DNA of 64,000 nucleotides. Source: a virus. Positions 1 to 12,000 of this stretch are shown here, one piece after another (the first letter of the stretch is position 1; the number at the start of each line of letters is the position of its first letter). Both the position numbers and the translations under genes were made by a program. The stretch lies in IMG/VR virus record IMGVR_UViG_3300003154_000682, positions 10,354-74,353 of that record; one strand, written 5' to 3'. The notes under the pieces were generated by a model. That model did no database searches. It saw only the letters and a program-made list of their open reading frames with translations, and was not told the origin of the DNA.

Positions 1-1
1 T

Positions 2-3000
2 TTTATAGATAAGAATAGAAATGCTCTGGAAAAAAACTCACTGATGGTACCTGGTGTTCCAGAAGGTTTGGAAGGATTAAAACCCATTATTGGTAGTATA
101 CAAGATAAGATTGATTCTGCCATGACAGAACGTGAGAGACTTCAAACAACAGGAGTTCCTAAAACTGAAGGAGAATTTAAGACTTCAGGTGATGTTCAAA
201 AAGATATAGATAACTTAACATCTTTGATTAAAGAGCTAAATGCCGCTATTTCTAATGTGATTCCAAAATATGTAGCTCAAGCACAGAAACTTGATTACGA
301 TGGTGATCAAATAGAAATTCATTCTGCTAGATCTGTTGACGCTCGTAAAGATATAGAATCTCATTTTAAAAGATTCCATGAAGCTGAACCAAATAAAGAT
401 ATTACTACCCAAGACGTTTTTATGAAACGTTTTCTATCTGAAGCAGCCACTACTAAAACCACTGGTGATTATGTCTTTGGTGAAAGCACTGCTGCATTTG
501 AGAAAAAGTTCCCATCTGGAAAGGGCTTTGATTTTATGAAGAGTCCATTTTTAAATGAGAGTATGGATTACTTAGGACCAAAAGAAGCTTTGGGTGTTCT
601 TTCTGGAAAACCTGGTATTGGTGATGTATCCAATGTAATAAAAGATGTTCTATCAGACATGAATAGACCAGAAACAGAGATTGCTGGTATCATGGGCAAA
701 TTTGATAAAATGGATAAGTCCGATCCTAAACAATATATAGAAAATATAATGTCTGAAATAGCCTCATCTAATTCTGATATTTTAAAACAGGTTGAGGCGG
801 GGATTAAAAAAAGACTCCATGAAGAAAAGACTGGTGATACAATTGAAGCCCAATTATTTAAGATTCATACTGGACCAGAAACAGAAGGTATGTATCGTAT
901 GCATCGTCTTGGAGAAACTGAGGCTGGATTTGGTGGAGGATTAATATCCCAACAATCTGAAAGAAATTCTAGCGAATATTTTAAACAAAGAAATCCAGCT
1001 CTAAAAGCTGTAGGAGGTCGTCCAGAAGAAGAATTTCATACTATGATGAATGAAATGGTTCGTTTTGGTATTCAGAAAGGTATGGATGTTAAACACGCTG
1101 GAGAAAAACCTATTGCTGGAGAGATGGTTAACTACTTATCAAAGGGGCCAGAAGGTGCCAGTGCCCTTTGGGATAAAATTCAAAATGAAAAACCATATGC
1201 AGACCTTAAAGACTTTTCAAAGGACAGCGAAAAAGCTATCAGAATGAGAGTAGGTGAATTGCCTACATCAGAGATATTATCTGAAGCTAAGAAAGTTACG
1301 GAAAGTCGTGGCGGAAATGCTGGAGATTTAGATAATTCATCAAGGGAACAATTGATTAAGGTCCTAATCGATAAGGTAGGGTTCAAAGGATTTTTAGAGG
1401 AACTATCTCTTTTAGTCAAAAAAGATGCCGTCGAGGGACTAGTTGCACAGGCAAAGACTTGGTCTCCTGCTAAAAAAGGTAGTCCTGGAGGAGGTCTTCC
1501 ACCCATTAAGGGACAAAATCTTGAGATGTGGGCTGAGAATGCCGTTAATGCCCAAATAGCTAAGGGTAGTATTAGTGTAAGAGGTGATATATCTGAATCC
1601 CAAAATCCTTTATATGGCATGCGTACTTTCTTTTCATCTCCTAAATCTGAATATGATAAGTATAGAGATAAATTTGGTGAAATGCCAGTCCCTAAAGAAA
1701 AAGTAGCAGGCTTATCTGAAGAAGATACTAAAACTTATTCCTATAAATATAAAACGGCTAGAGCTACAGCTTCTAATATTCATCAAGAATTAAATGCAGC
1801 TGCTGCTGGATCATCTACTGGGGCATACTCAGATATGATAAGAGGTAGTATAGATACTCTTTATAAACAGCAAAAAGAAATAGAATCATATAATGATGAA
1901 CTTAAAAATTATAATCCAGAAGCGGCTAAAAATACTGATATGTCAGAAAGAGTTCTTCAAAGGGTAAATGTTAGTCCTTTAGCAAATAGAACTCTTAATA
2001 TGAATAAAGGAATGCGAGGAGAAATTGAAAGATTATCTGATTTAGCTGGTATACCAGGTTTAAGTGATTCAGAACAATTTGATATTTATAGAGAAAATGC
2101 TGATAAATTCGGTGAAAAGAAAAGAGAAGAGCTTGCATCCTCTGACTATGCTGGAAAAAGAAGAAAATCTCTGGAGTCTGAGACACCTAAAAAAAGTCCA
2201 GAAAAGATAGAAGAACAAATTAAAAGCGAAATGGATGCGGAAGTTGAAAATTATATTAAGCCTATGATAGAAAAGGCTCAAGCTTTAAAACAACTTGATC
2301 GCATTACAGATGTCTTTATTTCCAAGAAAAATGAAGGGCGTGTTCTTACAGATATGTTTCCTAGAGAAGATCAAGGTGCCCCTGATGTACCGCTCACAGA
2401 AGCTCGTAGAAAAGCTATTCAAGAGAGAATGTCCAAAGTTTCTTCAGAACGGCAAAAAACTCTTTTTGAATCAGAAAAGATGAGTAGCTCTGATATTCCA
2501 ACTGGTCCTGGTAGTGTAGGCACTTCTGGAATGGGGGTAGGAGGCGTTGTTCCTGTTCATATAGTAAGTGCAGCTTCTGGTGTAACCATAAATGTTAGAG
2601 GACTGGAAGGTGGAGGATATCTTCCCCCAGGAACAGCTTCCGGAGCTGCTAATGCCCCACTTGCTCAAACAGAAAAGGTAAATGATGATCTTTTAAAGTT
2701 CAAAGATGATATAGTAACATTAAGAGAGACTGTAGCTAAAACCAAACCTGCTTGGGAATCTGGACCAAGACCTAGTAAAGAATATCAATTTTCTCCAAAT
2801 GCTCTTTCTGGTGGAGGAAACGTTTATGGTAACGAACAGAATAAACCTCCATTAACTGAAGAACAACGTTTAGCAGAACAGCATGATAGATTGGTTAAAG
2901 AGCTCACAGAAAAATCAGAACTTAGTACAACTGCTCAATTGCATGCTGATTGGGGTACTCTTATTCATGCTAAATTTGAAAAAACTTTAAGTAAACAACC

Positions 3001-6000
3001 TAATGTTGAAGTTGAAAAACCTGGAAAATATACTCACCCTGAAGCTGGCATTATTTCGGGTGTTGCTGACGTTGTAGAATATAATACTCCTGAAAAGAAA
3101 GAAGGGGATATTTCTAAAGTAGTTGATATTAAAACAACTAATAAAAAAGAAATAGAAGATTTGGATGCTGCTATTAAAGCTGCTGGCTCCACTGATATCG
3201 ATAAAGTAATTGAAAAAGTTAATGATGATTTAAAGCGAAAACTCAATGACTATCTTAGTCAGGTCAACGCTTATTTAAAAATTTTTGGAGAAAGCGCTAA
3301 AGGTGAAATTAGATTTTATGATAAAAAAGATTTTGGAGCAGACATTGAAAAATTTACACCTTTAACAATGAATTTCAATGAGGAAAGATTCGAGAAAGAT
3401 ATGTCTCAGCTTACCAAAGCTAGAGATACCGTAAGAAAAGATCCAAATAAAAATTTCAGAAATACTGCAAATGTGGTGCCTAAACCAGAAGACTATGAAG
3501 GACCACCAGTTGAAGAACTTGATGCAGCTATGCGTATAGCAGAGGAGGCACTTGCTCGTAGAACTACTTTTAATCCTAGAAATACAGCCTCTAGTTATAT
3601 GAAAAGAAAAGAAGATACTGGTACTTCTGAAGAAATTGCAGCTAATACTGCAAAATTTGCTAAAAGTAAATTATATAAGGATTTAACTCCAGAAGATCTT
3701 GAAAGATATCTTGTACCACCACCTATAGCTGAAGGTAATGACGCTAAATCCTTACTTACAAATTTAACTACACTTCATGAACAATCCAAGCTCTATCAAA
3801 AAATGCGTGGAGTGGATATGGATTCTGTTAAAGGTATGCCTAAACAAGTTGGAGAATCCATAGGAAAAGTTTCTGAAGAAGGTCCTCAATACCAGAAGTT
3901 TATAGAACTTACAGATAAGCTTAAAGAAATGGAAACTCCAGATTTTACTGGTAAAGATTATATCAATGCATGGAAAATGTATCGTGCTGCAATTGGTGAT
4001 TATTATATTAAAAGAGCAGAGGCTGCACAAAAACAAATAGAAGAGTCTGATAAAGAGGGAGATTCTACTGGAGCTAATAGAGCATATGGTGATTTTAAAA
4101 AGAATACAATACAATTACAAGAATTTGTGCGTAGAAGTATAGGTAAGAAAACTGATTTATATACTGATGATAAAAGATTTGTATATCCAGGATTAGCACA
4201 AGCTGCTGGAGTTTACATGAGTCCTGCAGAAATTATGCATAAAGTTGGAGAACCTTTAGGAGATGACCAACAACTCATAGATACATTTAAAGGTGTAACC
4301 AAGGGTATTTCTAAAAGTGATAAGAAAGCACCTATCAGTAGTGCTAGAGATATTTTCAGGGAACTAACAGATGTAAATAAAGAATTAGAATCCACCGCAT
4401 CTGCTGCAGATAAATTTGGAAGTTTAGGATCAACGGCTTTCGATAAACTTACTGGACGTGTTACTAGACTAAGGGCTGCTCTACAAGATGTTATGAAACA
4501 GTCTGGTGGTGAGTTAGATGCTGAACAGAAGAAAAATTTAGAAAATATTATAGGTTATTTGAAAACCATTGAAGCCATGTATTCACGCATTCATCCAAAA
4601 GAAGCTGGTGCTCCAGCTGAATATGGACAAACTGGTGTAATACCTGTACCTAAATTTGAAACTCCAGAAGTTCAAGCTGCTTTACACAAAAGAAATATAG
4701 AATCTGTTAAACAATATTTTACTCGTCCAGAAGAAGAAGGTGGTCCTAAAATTGGAGAACGTTTTTCCTATCAAGAAAAAATTACGGGTGATGCTGGTGA
4801 AACAATAAAAAATTCTATCCATCATTTTCAAAAATATGGTGAAGAAATACAAGCTAGTGGTGAGAAAGTAGGAAAATTTAGTGAAAACAACCAAGACTTA
4901 ATAGAAAAGATGCAATCAGTAAATGCTTCTTTTGAGACTGCTATTGGTCGTGTTATTAGATGGGGTGCAGCATCTAAATTAGTATATGGTGGTATGTCAT
5001 ATCTGGGACATTCTTTAGATGAAATTTCAAAGATAGACACTCAGACTGCTCAACTAAAGATGACTATGAATCCTCAAACAACTGATTTTGAAAAATTAAG
5101 AAAATCTGCCGCCGGACTTGGTAAAGAATATGGAGTACCAGTTACCGATGTAATGAAGTCTATGGTTATTTATGGACAACAAGGTTTGAGTCAAGAAGAA
5201 ACTATTGATAGAACAAGAACTTCTACTTTAGCAACTAATGTTACCACCCTTAGTGGTAAAGATTCTATAGAAGCCTTAACCTCATCTATGAAGATATTTA
5301 GGGAAGAAGGCGAACAATCTATCAGATTTTTAGATGCTTGGAGCGAAGTTGAATCTAAGTTTGCCATTACCGCTGCAGATATGGCTAATGCTATTAGAAC
5401 CTCCGCTATGGCTGCCAAAACAGCTGGTATCACTTTTGATCAACTAAATGGTATCGTTGCTGCTATTGGTTCTACTACAAGACAATCAGGAAAAGAAGTT
5501 GGAACTTCTATGAGATTTATTCTTAGAAGAATGTATTCCGAAGAAGGTCCTAAAGCTTTGGCTAAACTTCCTACACCTATATCTTCCGTTACTGGAAGTG
5601 GTGAATTGAAAGAAGGTTTTACTGTATTAGGGGAATTAGCCGGGCAATGGAAAGATTTAACTTCTGCTCAACAAATGAACGTGGCTCAAGCTCTTGGTGG
5701 TACTAGACAATACAATACATTAATAACATTGATGGATCAATGGGATGAAGCTCTTAGGGCTGTAAAAGATAGTACTAATTCTAAAGGTGCCGCTGAAAGA
5801 CGTAATGCTGAGATAATGGCTACTTATGCCAAACAGATGGAACAAGCCAAAGCCGCTGCTACAGAATTGAAAATGGAAGTAGGTAAATTAGTTCTTCCTG
5901 TATTTTCTGCAGGTGTGAAAGGGCTTAAACTTTTTACTGAAACTTTAACTGCTATTCCAGGACCAATCAAAGCTGCTGCGGCGGGGGCGTTACTATTATT

Positions 6001-9000
6001 TGGAGCTTTTGCTAAGGGAGTTCCTATTATAGATGCTATTGCTGAAACCTTAGATAAAGGACAATCTGCCTTTAGTGGTTTAGGCAGTAGTATGTCAAAA
6101 CAATGGGATATGACTAAATTTGAAGTAGCAGGAAAGGGAACAGGAAAAGATGTAACAGGATTAAAAACCTTAAACAAACAAACTGCTGATGCTCTTAATG
6201 TTGGAAAAGATGAAAAAGACAAATCCTTTGTGAAACAAGGAAGTAGTTTGTCTGATTTTCAGACTTCTATTGGTAAGACTTTATTCATGATTAAAGAGGT
6301 AGGACAAGCTTATAATGGAATGATAGGTAAGGGAGCTATTGGTGCCGGATCAATTGGAGAAGCTATCGGTGAAAAATTTAAAGGTATTGGTAGTTTTCTT
6401 ACTGGTGGAGGAGTAGCCAAATCTTTTAAAGATATTAAAGGGATGGCAATAGAACAAGGTTTTGGTGCTGAAGCAATAAGAGAAGCTTTCAAATCTGGTC
6501 CAAAAGCTGTTCTAGGAAAAGCTGCTGGTGCTATATCATTTGCACCACTAGTCGCTGGGGCTGCTTCTTCTGTTACCGGTGAAGCCATAGACTCTTCTAG
6601 TGAATATGTTGGTTCTGCAGGACATAAATTTATTAAAGATTTTGCTTCCCAAAATACTGGATTTGTAAAATCTGTAGCACCTCTTGCAGTTACCGTAGCT
6701 GCTCTTGCTCCTGGAATTGCGGCTGCTTATGATGAGTTTAAAAAATTGACAGGCTCAGCTCAGGATTTTGCAAAAGCTGTAGAAGGTGCTAGAAGTAAAA
6801 ACGATGAGCAGCATAAAGCTATTACAGATCAAATTAAAGCTTATGATACACTAGACGCTAAAGTTAAAGATATACAAAAAGTCTCTCAGCCAGATGTCAA
6901 AGCTAAAAGACAAGAAGCTGGTACATATGAAGCTCCATTGACTTCTTTACAGAAGATTCAAAAGGATGTTACTGGGCTTTCAAATCAATTGGCTGATAGC
7001 AATTTGAACTTAGTGGTTGGTTATGATAAGTTAGGTAACGCCGTTCTAAAATCTACAGGCAATTTTAAATCTTATTTAACAGAGTTAGAAAAACTAAATA
7101 CAATCAAAGGTTTAGATATAGAAACTGGAGTTTTAGATAAATTCATCAAAGATTTGACAGAAACAGGTGGTTCTGAAAAACTTAAGGTAGTTGTGAAAGA
7201 TTTGGCTGAATCCTTTCCTGTTATAGGAGATTTGGTTTCAAGAAACATTAAAGTAGGACCAGCCAAAGCCTTGGAGATGGCTTCCGATGATGTAAATAAA
7301 AGACTTAATTTAAAACAAAAATATCCGTTATCAACAGCAGCAGATGCTGATACACAAAGATTACAAAAAGTTTTAGGTTCTGCTAGAGATAATTTTCAAT
7401 CCTCTTATTCAGATTTTGATAAAGTATTTAAAGGGATAACTGCACCTTCTAGTTTTAAGGGGTTGAGTCCTGATAAAATACAAGAAACTTTATCCTCCTC
7501 TACTTTTAAAAAAGCTTATGAACTTCAATTAGCTATCGATCCTAAATTTAAACTCGTTAAAGATGTTAAACCTGAAGATATAATGGGAAAAACAATACTT
7601 TCTGCACTCAATCCTAGAGCAGCCGGGGTAATGGACGTTAATTCTAAGTTTACTAAAGCCAATTTGGAAAGCACTGGTGTCAAAGCTAGAAGCGATTCTA
7701 AAGTTTATTCTGGAGATATAGTTACTTTAATGGATAGTGCTGCAGAAAAATACAATATAGCTGGTAATCAGGCTATAATTAAAATGAAAAAAACTTCTGA
7801 TGGTGTTATTAGTTGGGTGGCTGAATACTTTAATACTAAGACCTTAAAGGTAGAACAACGCTCCATGTCTGAAATAGAGCCTTTAGTAGATAGTATATTC
7901 CCAGTTCAAAAAATTCAAGAAGACCTTTCTTATAGGATGGACGCTTTAAATACTTTTGTAGCTGGTGCTTCTGCAGGTTTAGTAGGCATTACAGGTAAAA
8001 AGTTTAAGAAAGATTTTAGTTTAGGGGAACGTTTTTATAGTGATATCCCAACGACAACTTTACTCCAAGGTGATTTTGGTTATACGCCAGGTAAAGGAGC
8101 AGGTAAAGGTTATGGTAAAGTAGCTGGAACAGAATCTTATTCTAAGGATATTCAAGAGTTTTATTTTGAACCTATGGAAAAGTTGAAGGTGATGTTGGAG
8201 GGAACAGCAAGAAATAAATTGGAAGGTATGGATGCAGAAACAGCTCCTATTGATAAAGGTACATATGATGAGATTAACAAATTACTCTCAGTGTTAAAAA
8301 ATAATCAAGCTGTATTGCAATTTAGAGCAGTTTTTGAAGATTTGATGAAAGAATTTGCTGAAGGAGATAGAATTTTACAGCAAAATATTGCTACAACAAG
8401 AAAAAGATTTGAAACTGATAAAGAAACAGCGGGATTAATGCAAGGCACACCTAAAGGTATAGAGGATTACCAGCTTGGAGTACAAAAGGTAAAAGACTTA
8501 ACTCCTAGACAGGCATTACTACGCTCTTCTGAACCAGCTAGAAAAACAGCAGAAGAACTTAAAATTTTAACTCTCACATCCGATAGTCAAAAATCACAGA
8601 TTGATAGCACTAGAAAAGCTTTGGTAAATGAAGAAGTGATTAAACAAGTAGCCAAAGCTTCTGGAGCTACATTAGACAAAAGTCAACTTGGCGACTTTAT
8701 GGAAAAGGTTGCTAAAGAAACGGATGATAAAAGCCCATTCAGAGAACTTACTAAAGTGAGTTCTAAGACTGCAGACAATACTGGAGCCACTGTTGATAGA
8801 TTAGATAGACTTTTAGAAAATCAAGGGGATTCAACAACGATAAAGAAAATGTTAGAAAGTTTTGGTGATAATATAGGAGCTGGGGCGTTAGATAGGCAGC
8901 CAAAGAAAATAGCCAACGCTTTGGAACGTGTGGCTGAAATTAGAAAGAGTGCTGAAAAATCCGGAGATCAAGATAATGTTACCAGGGCTAATGTAGTACT

Positions 9001-12000
9001 TGATCAGCTTTCCCAGAAATTAGTTGGTGATGTTGGTTTTAAAAAGGCTACTGAACTTGTAGACGACAATTTTCAACTATTCAAAAAAGATTTTACCACG
9101 TCTGAGTTCAAACAAAGGGCAGTATCTAATATAGGTTCTGATGAGTTTTTGAAAAAGATGGAGGAATATGGTACAGCTAAAACCATGTTTCCTTCTCCAA
9201 TTCCCAAAAGTAGTTTCGACCGCCCCAAATTTTCTGAGAGCGAAGAACTTAAAAATATTAAAAAGAGTCAAGAAGGTGATGGTAAAGAAACGTGGGTAAC
9301 TGGAAAGACTTTAGCTAGTACACAAGCTGCAATAGCCACAGCTTCTTATATAGAAAAATTAGGAAGAAATAAGATAGTAAAACAACTAGATGAACAAGTA
9401 AATCAATACGACTATAAAATAGCTAAGGCTAGAGAAGAAGGTAAAGGCGAGCCTGAAATTAGAGATTTGTCTAAGAAAAGAGAGGCTGTAAGTACAGAAA
9501 GAGATAAAGCCCAAAAAGATGTAGATTTTTATGGTATCGTATCTTCTTTAAGTGCCGCCGGTACGGCTGCATCTGAATTAGCAATGGCTTTCGGTTTAAC
9601 AGAAAGCCAAGTTAAAGGTTTGAATGTAGCAGCCATAGGTACTTATGGGGCTATGCTAACTGCTTCAAAAATAATTGGCGAGGACATTCCTGATAGTGCT
9701 AAAAAATTCGGAAAAGAATTTACTGGTGTAGCCAAAACAATTGTTGAAGGTGAGGAACCATCAGCTATGGCTTATGGTAGATTGGCTGCTTCAGGAAAAA
9801 ATCTTATGCAGGATACAGCCAAGCAAACAAAAAAAATATTTGGAAAAGATAATGAAGAACTGCAAACAGATTCTAGAAAAGCAGAGGAAGCTTCTTTAAA
9901 GGAGAGTTTTAATCAACAGGTTCCATTAGGTATGGAACTAAAAGATTCTGTTAAAAAATTTAGAGATAAAGGTGAAGCTTACGCTAAATATGATGACATT
10001 ATACAATCACAAAATAAAGAAAAGGGAGAATTATTCGAAAAAACAAAAGGATATAATCCAGAATCTGAAGATTACAAGAATATGTACAAGAGACACGATG
10101 CTGAATTATTCGAGTGGTCCAAAGGTAAATCTAAGGATGAAATTACAAGCATATCCAAAAGTCATCCATATATAGGTCTTGTTGGTAGTGGCAGTGCTTA
10201 TAGTAATACATTACAACAACAATCTGGAACTGAATTAGAGAGTATGGGTGAAAAAGCAAGACGTGGTGCAGAAATTCAAGGCGGTCCAAATAGACTTAGC
10301 CAGATGCTCCTATCTTACGGGGCTGCCGGTCTTACAAATTATGCTAGTAAAAAAGGCGAAGAAAGAACTGCTTTGTCCACTACAGAAAGTAAAATGAAAG
10401 AACAACAAGATGCCATGCAACAAGCAATGTTAGCTTACCCTGAAGCTACCAGTCAAGTAGTTGATGATATTAATAAAAGAAGAAAGGAAGCAATAGAAGT
10501 AGGTAAACCCTCAGATATAGAAACTACTACTAAGTCTATGGTTCAAAATGTGGATTCTGAATATCAACAAGTAGTTTCTCTTATCTTAAGATATGAAAGA
10601 GAAATAGCAGAAGCACATGCCAAAACTATTGCTGATATGGCTAGAGCACAGAATGAGCTAGCTGACAAAGAAATTCGTACTTCATATAAACAAGGTGCTT
10701 ATAACGCTGTAACTGGAGAATCAGAAAGACAATTTGGTAGTGCTGTTAATAGAAGATATTCCCTGAAGAATATAGTTCAGGGTGGAATGGGAAGCTATGG
10801 TGGTGATGTAGAGACTCCAGTATTACAAAGCGAACTTTCGTCTCAACAGCGTATATATTCAGAAGCAGATCCAAGACTTAAGAATGTAATCAATAATTAT
10901 GGTGATGCTGGAAATAGATTAGCAGCTGCTGGAAATAGAATGACTGAAATAAAACGTAGCATGAATGAGGAAGCTACGTTAGCAAACACATCTAAAGATT
11001 CTGATGTGGTAGACGCAGCTAAAAGACGTTATTCTGAATTAGCGGATGAACTACGAAAATTAATGCAAACTACTGACGATACAACTAAAAAGTTTAGAGA
11101 TTTTAGTAATGCATATATGCAACTAGATAGGTTTACAAAATCTGTTATAGAATTTCAAAATGCTTTAAAAGAAGTTGATATAAAATCAGCAGTAGGCAGA
11201 ATGCCGGATGTAATGAGAACTAATGAAATGAAGGACAGATTGTTAGGAGGATCTAGTCCTAGTGCTGTTCAAACAGTAACTCCTGAACAAGAAAGAATGG
11301 GTTTAAGAACTGGAATACCTTTAACACATCTACGTTCTGATAAATACACTATTGAAAAAGCTGAGCTAACAGATAGGTTACGTAATGAAACTGGACAACA
11401 AGCTGTTGATACCCAACAAAAAATAACGGATCTTGAAGAACGTAAAAGAAGAGATGAAGAAACTAGACAACAACAAAAGAATAATGAGGGATTAACTACA
11501 GAATTAGCTCCTTATGAAACACAGATAGCAGCATTAACAAGACTTAAAATGCAACCAGGTAACAAACCTGAGCAAACTAAGGCTTATTCTGATTATGCTG
11601 AAAAAATTGCTAAAGCCAATCTTGAAGCTACGCAGCCTATAACAGTCGGTCAGTATAAAAAAGAATTGGATATAAATAAACCAAAAATGTATAAAGAAGA
11701 TGTTGATACAGCAACAAAATGGTTAGAAGGGCGTAAAGATGATGAGATGGTCTATAGAGGAAATCTTCAACAAAAGAAATATTTAGCTACTACTATGCCA
11801 GAGGAAATAAAAAAACCTATGGAAGAGCAGCTTAAATCAGATGGAGAAAAATTTTCTAGTCCTATAACTGGTAAAATTGATATAACTAATAGCTACTTAA
11901 GAGCCATAGCCCAGAAAGAATTTGGAATAGATATTGCTAAACTATCTAAAGAACTTTATGGTACAAAGAGTCCTGAAGTTAAACAAGATGGAAGTTTTAT

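Noticed and set aside
44-46. ATG44 as the true start of the giant gene
   Set aside because: The frame is open to nt 2, there is no RBS, and the rest of the polymerase must lie upstream.
2942-3330. Bona fide Cas4 / CRISPR adaptation function
   Set aside because: The four Fe-S cysteines are absent and there are no cas genes or array in the window, so it is called only a PD-(D/E)XK nuclease.
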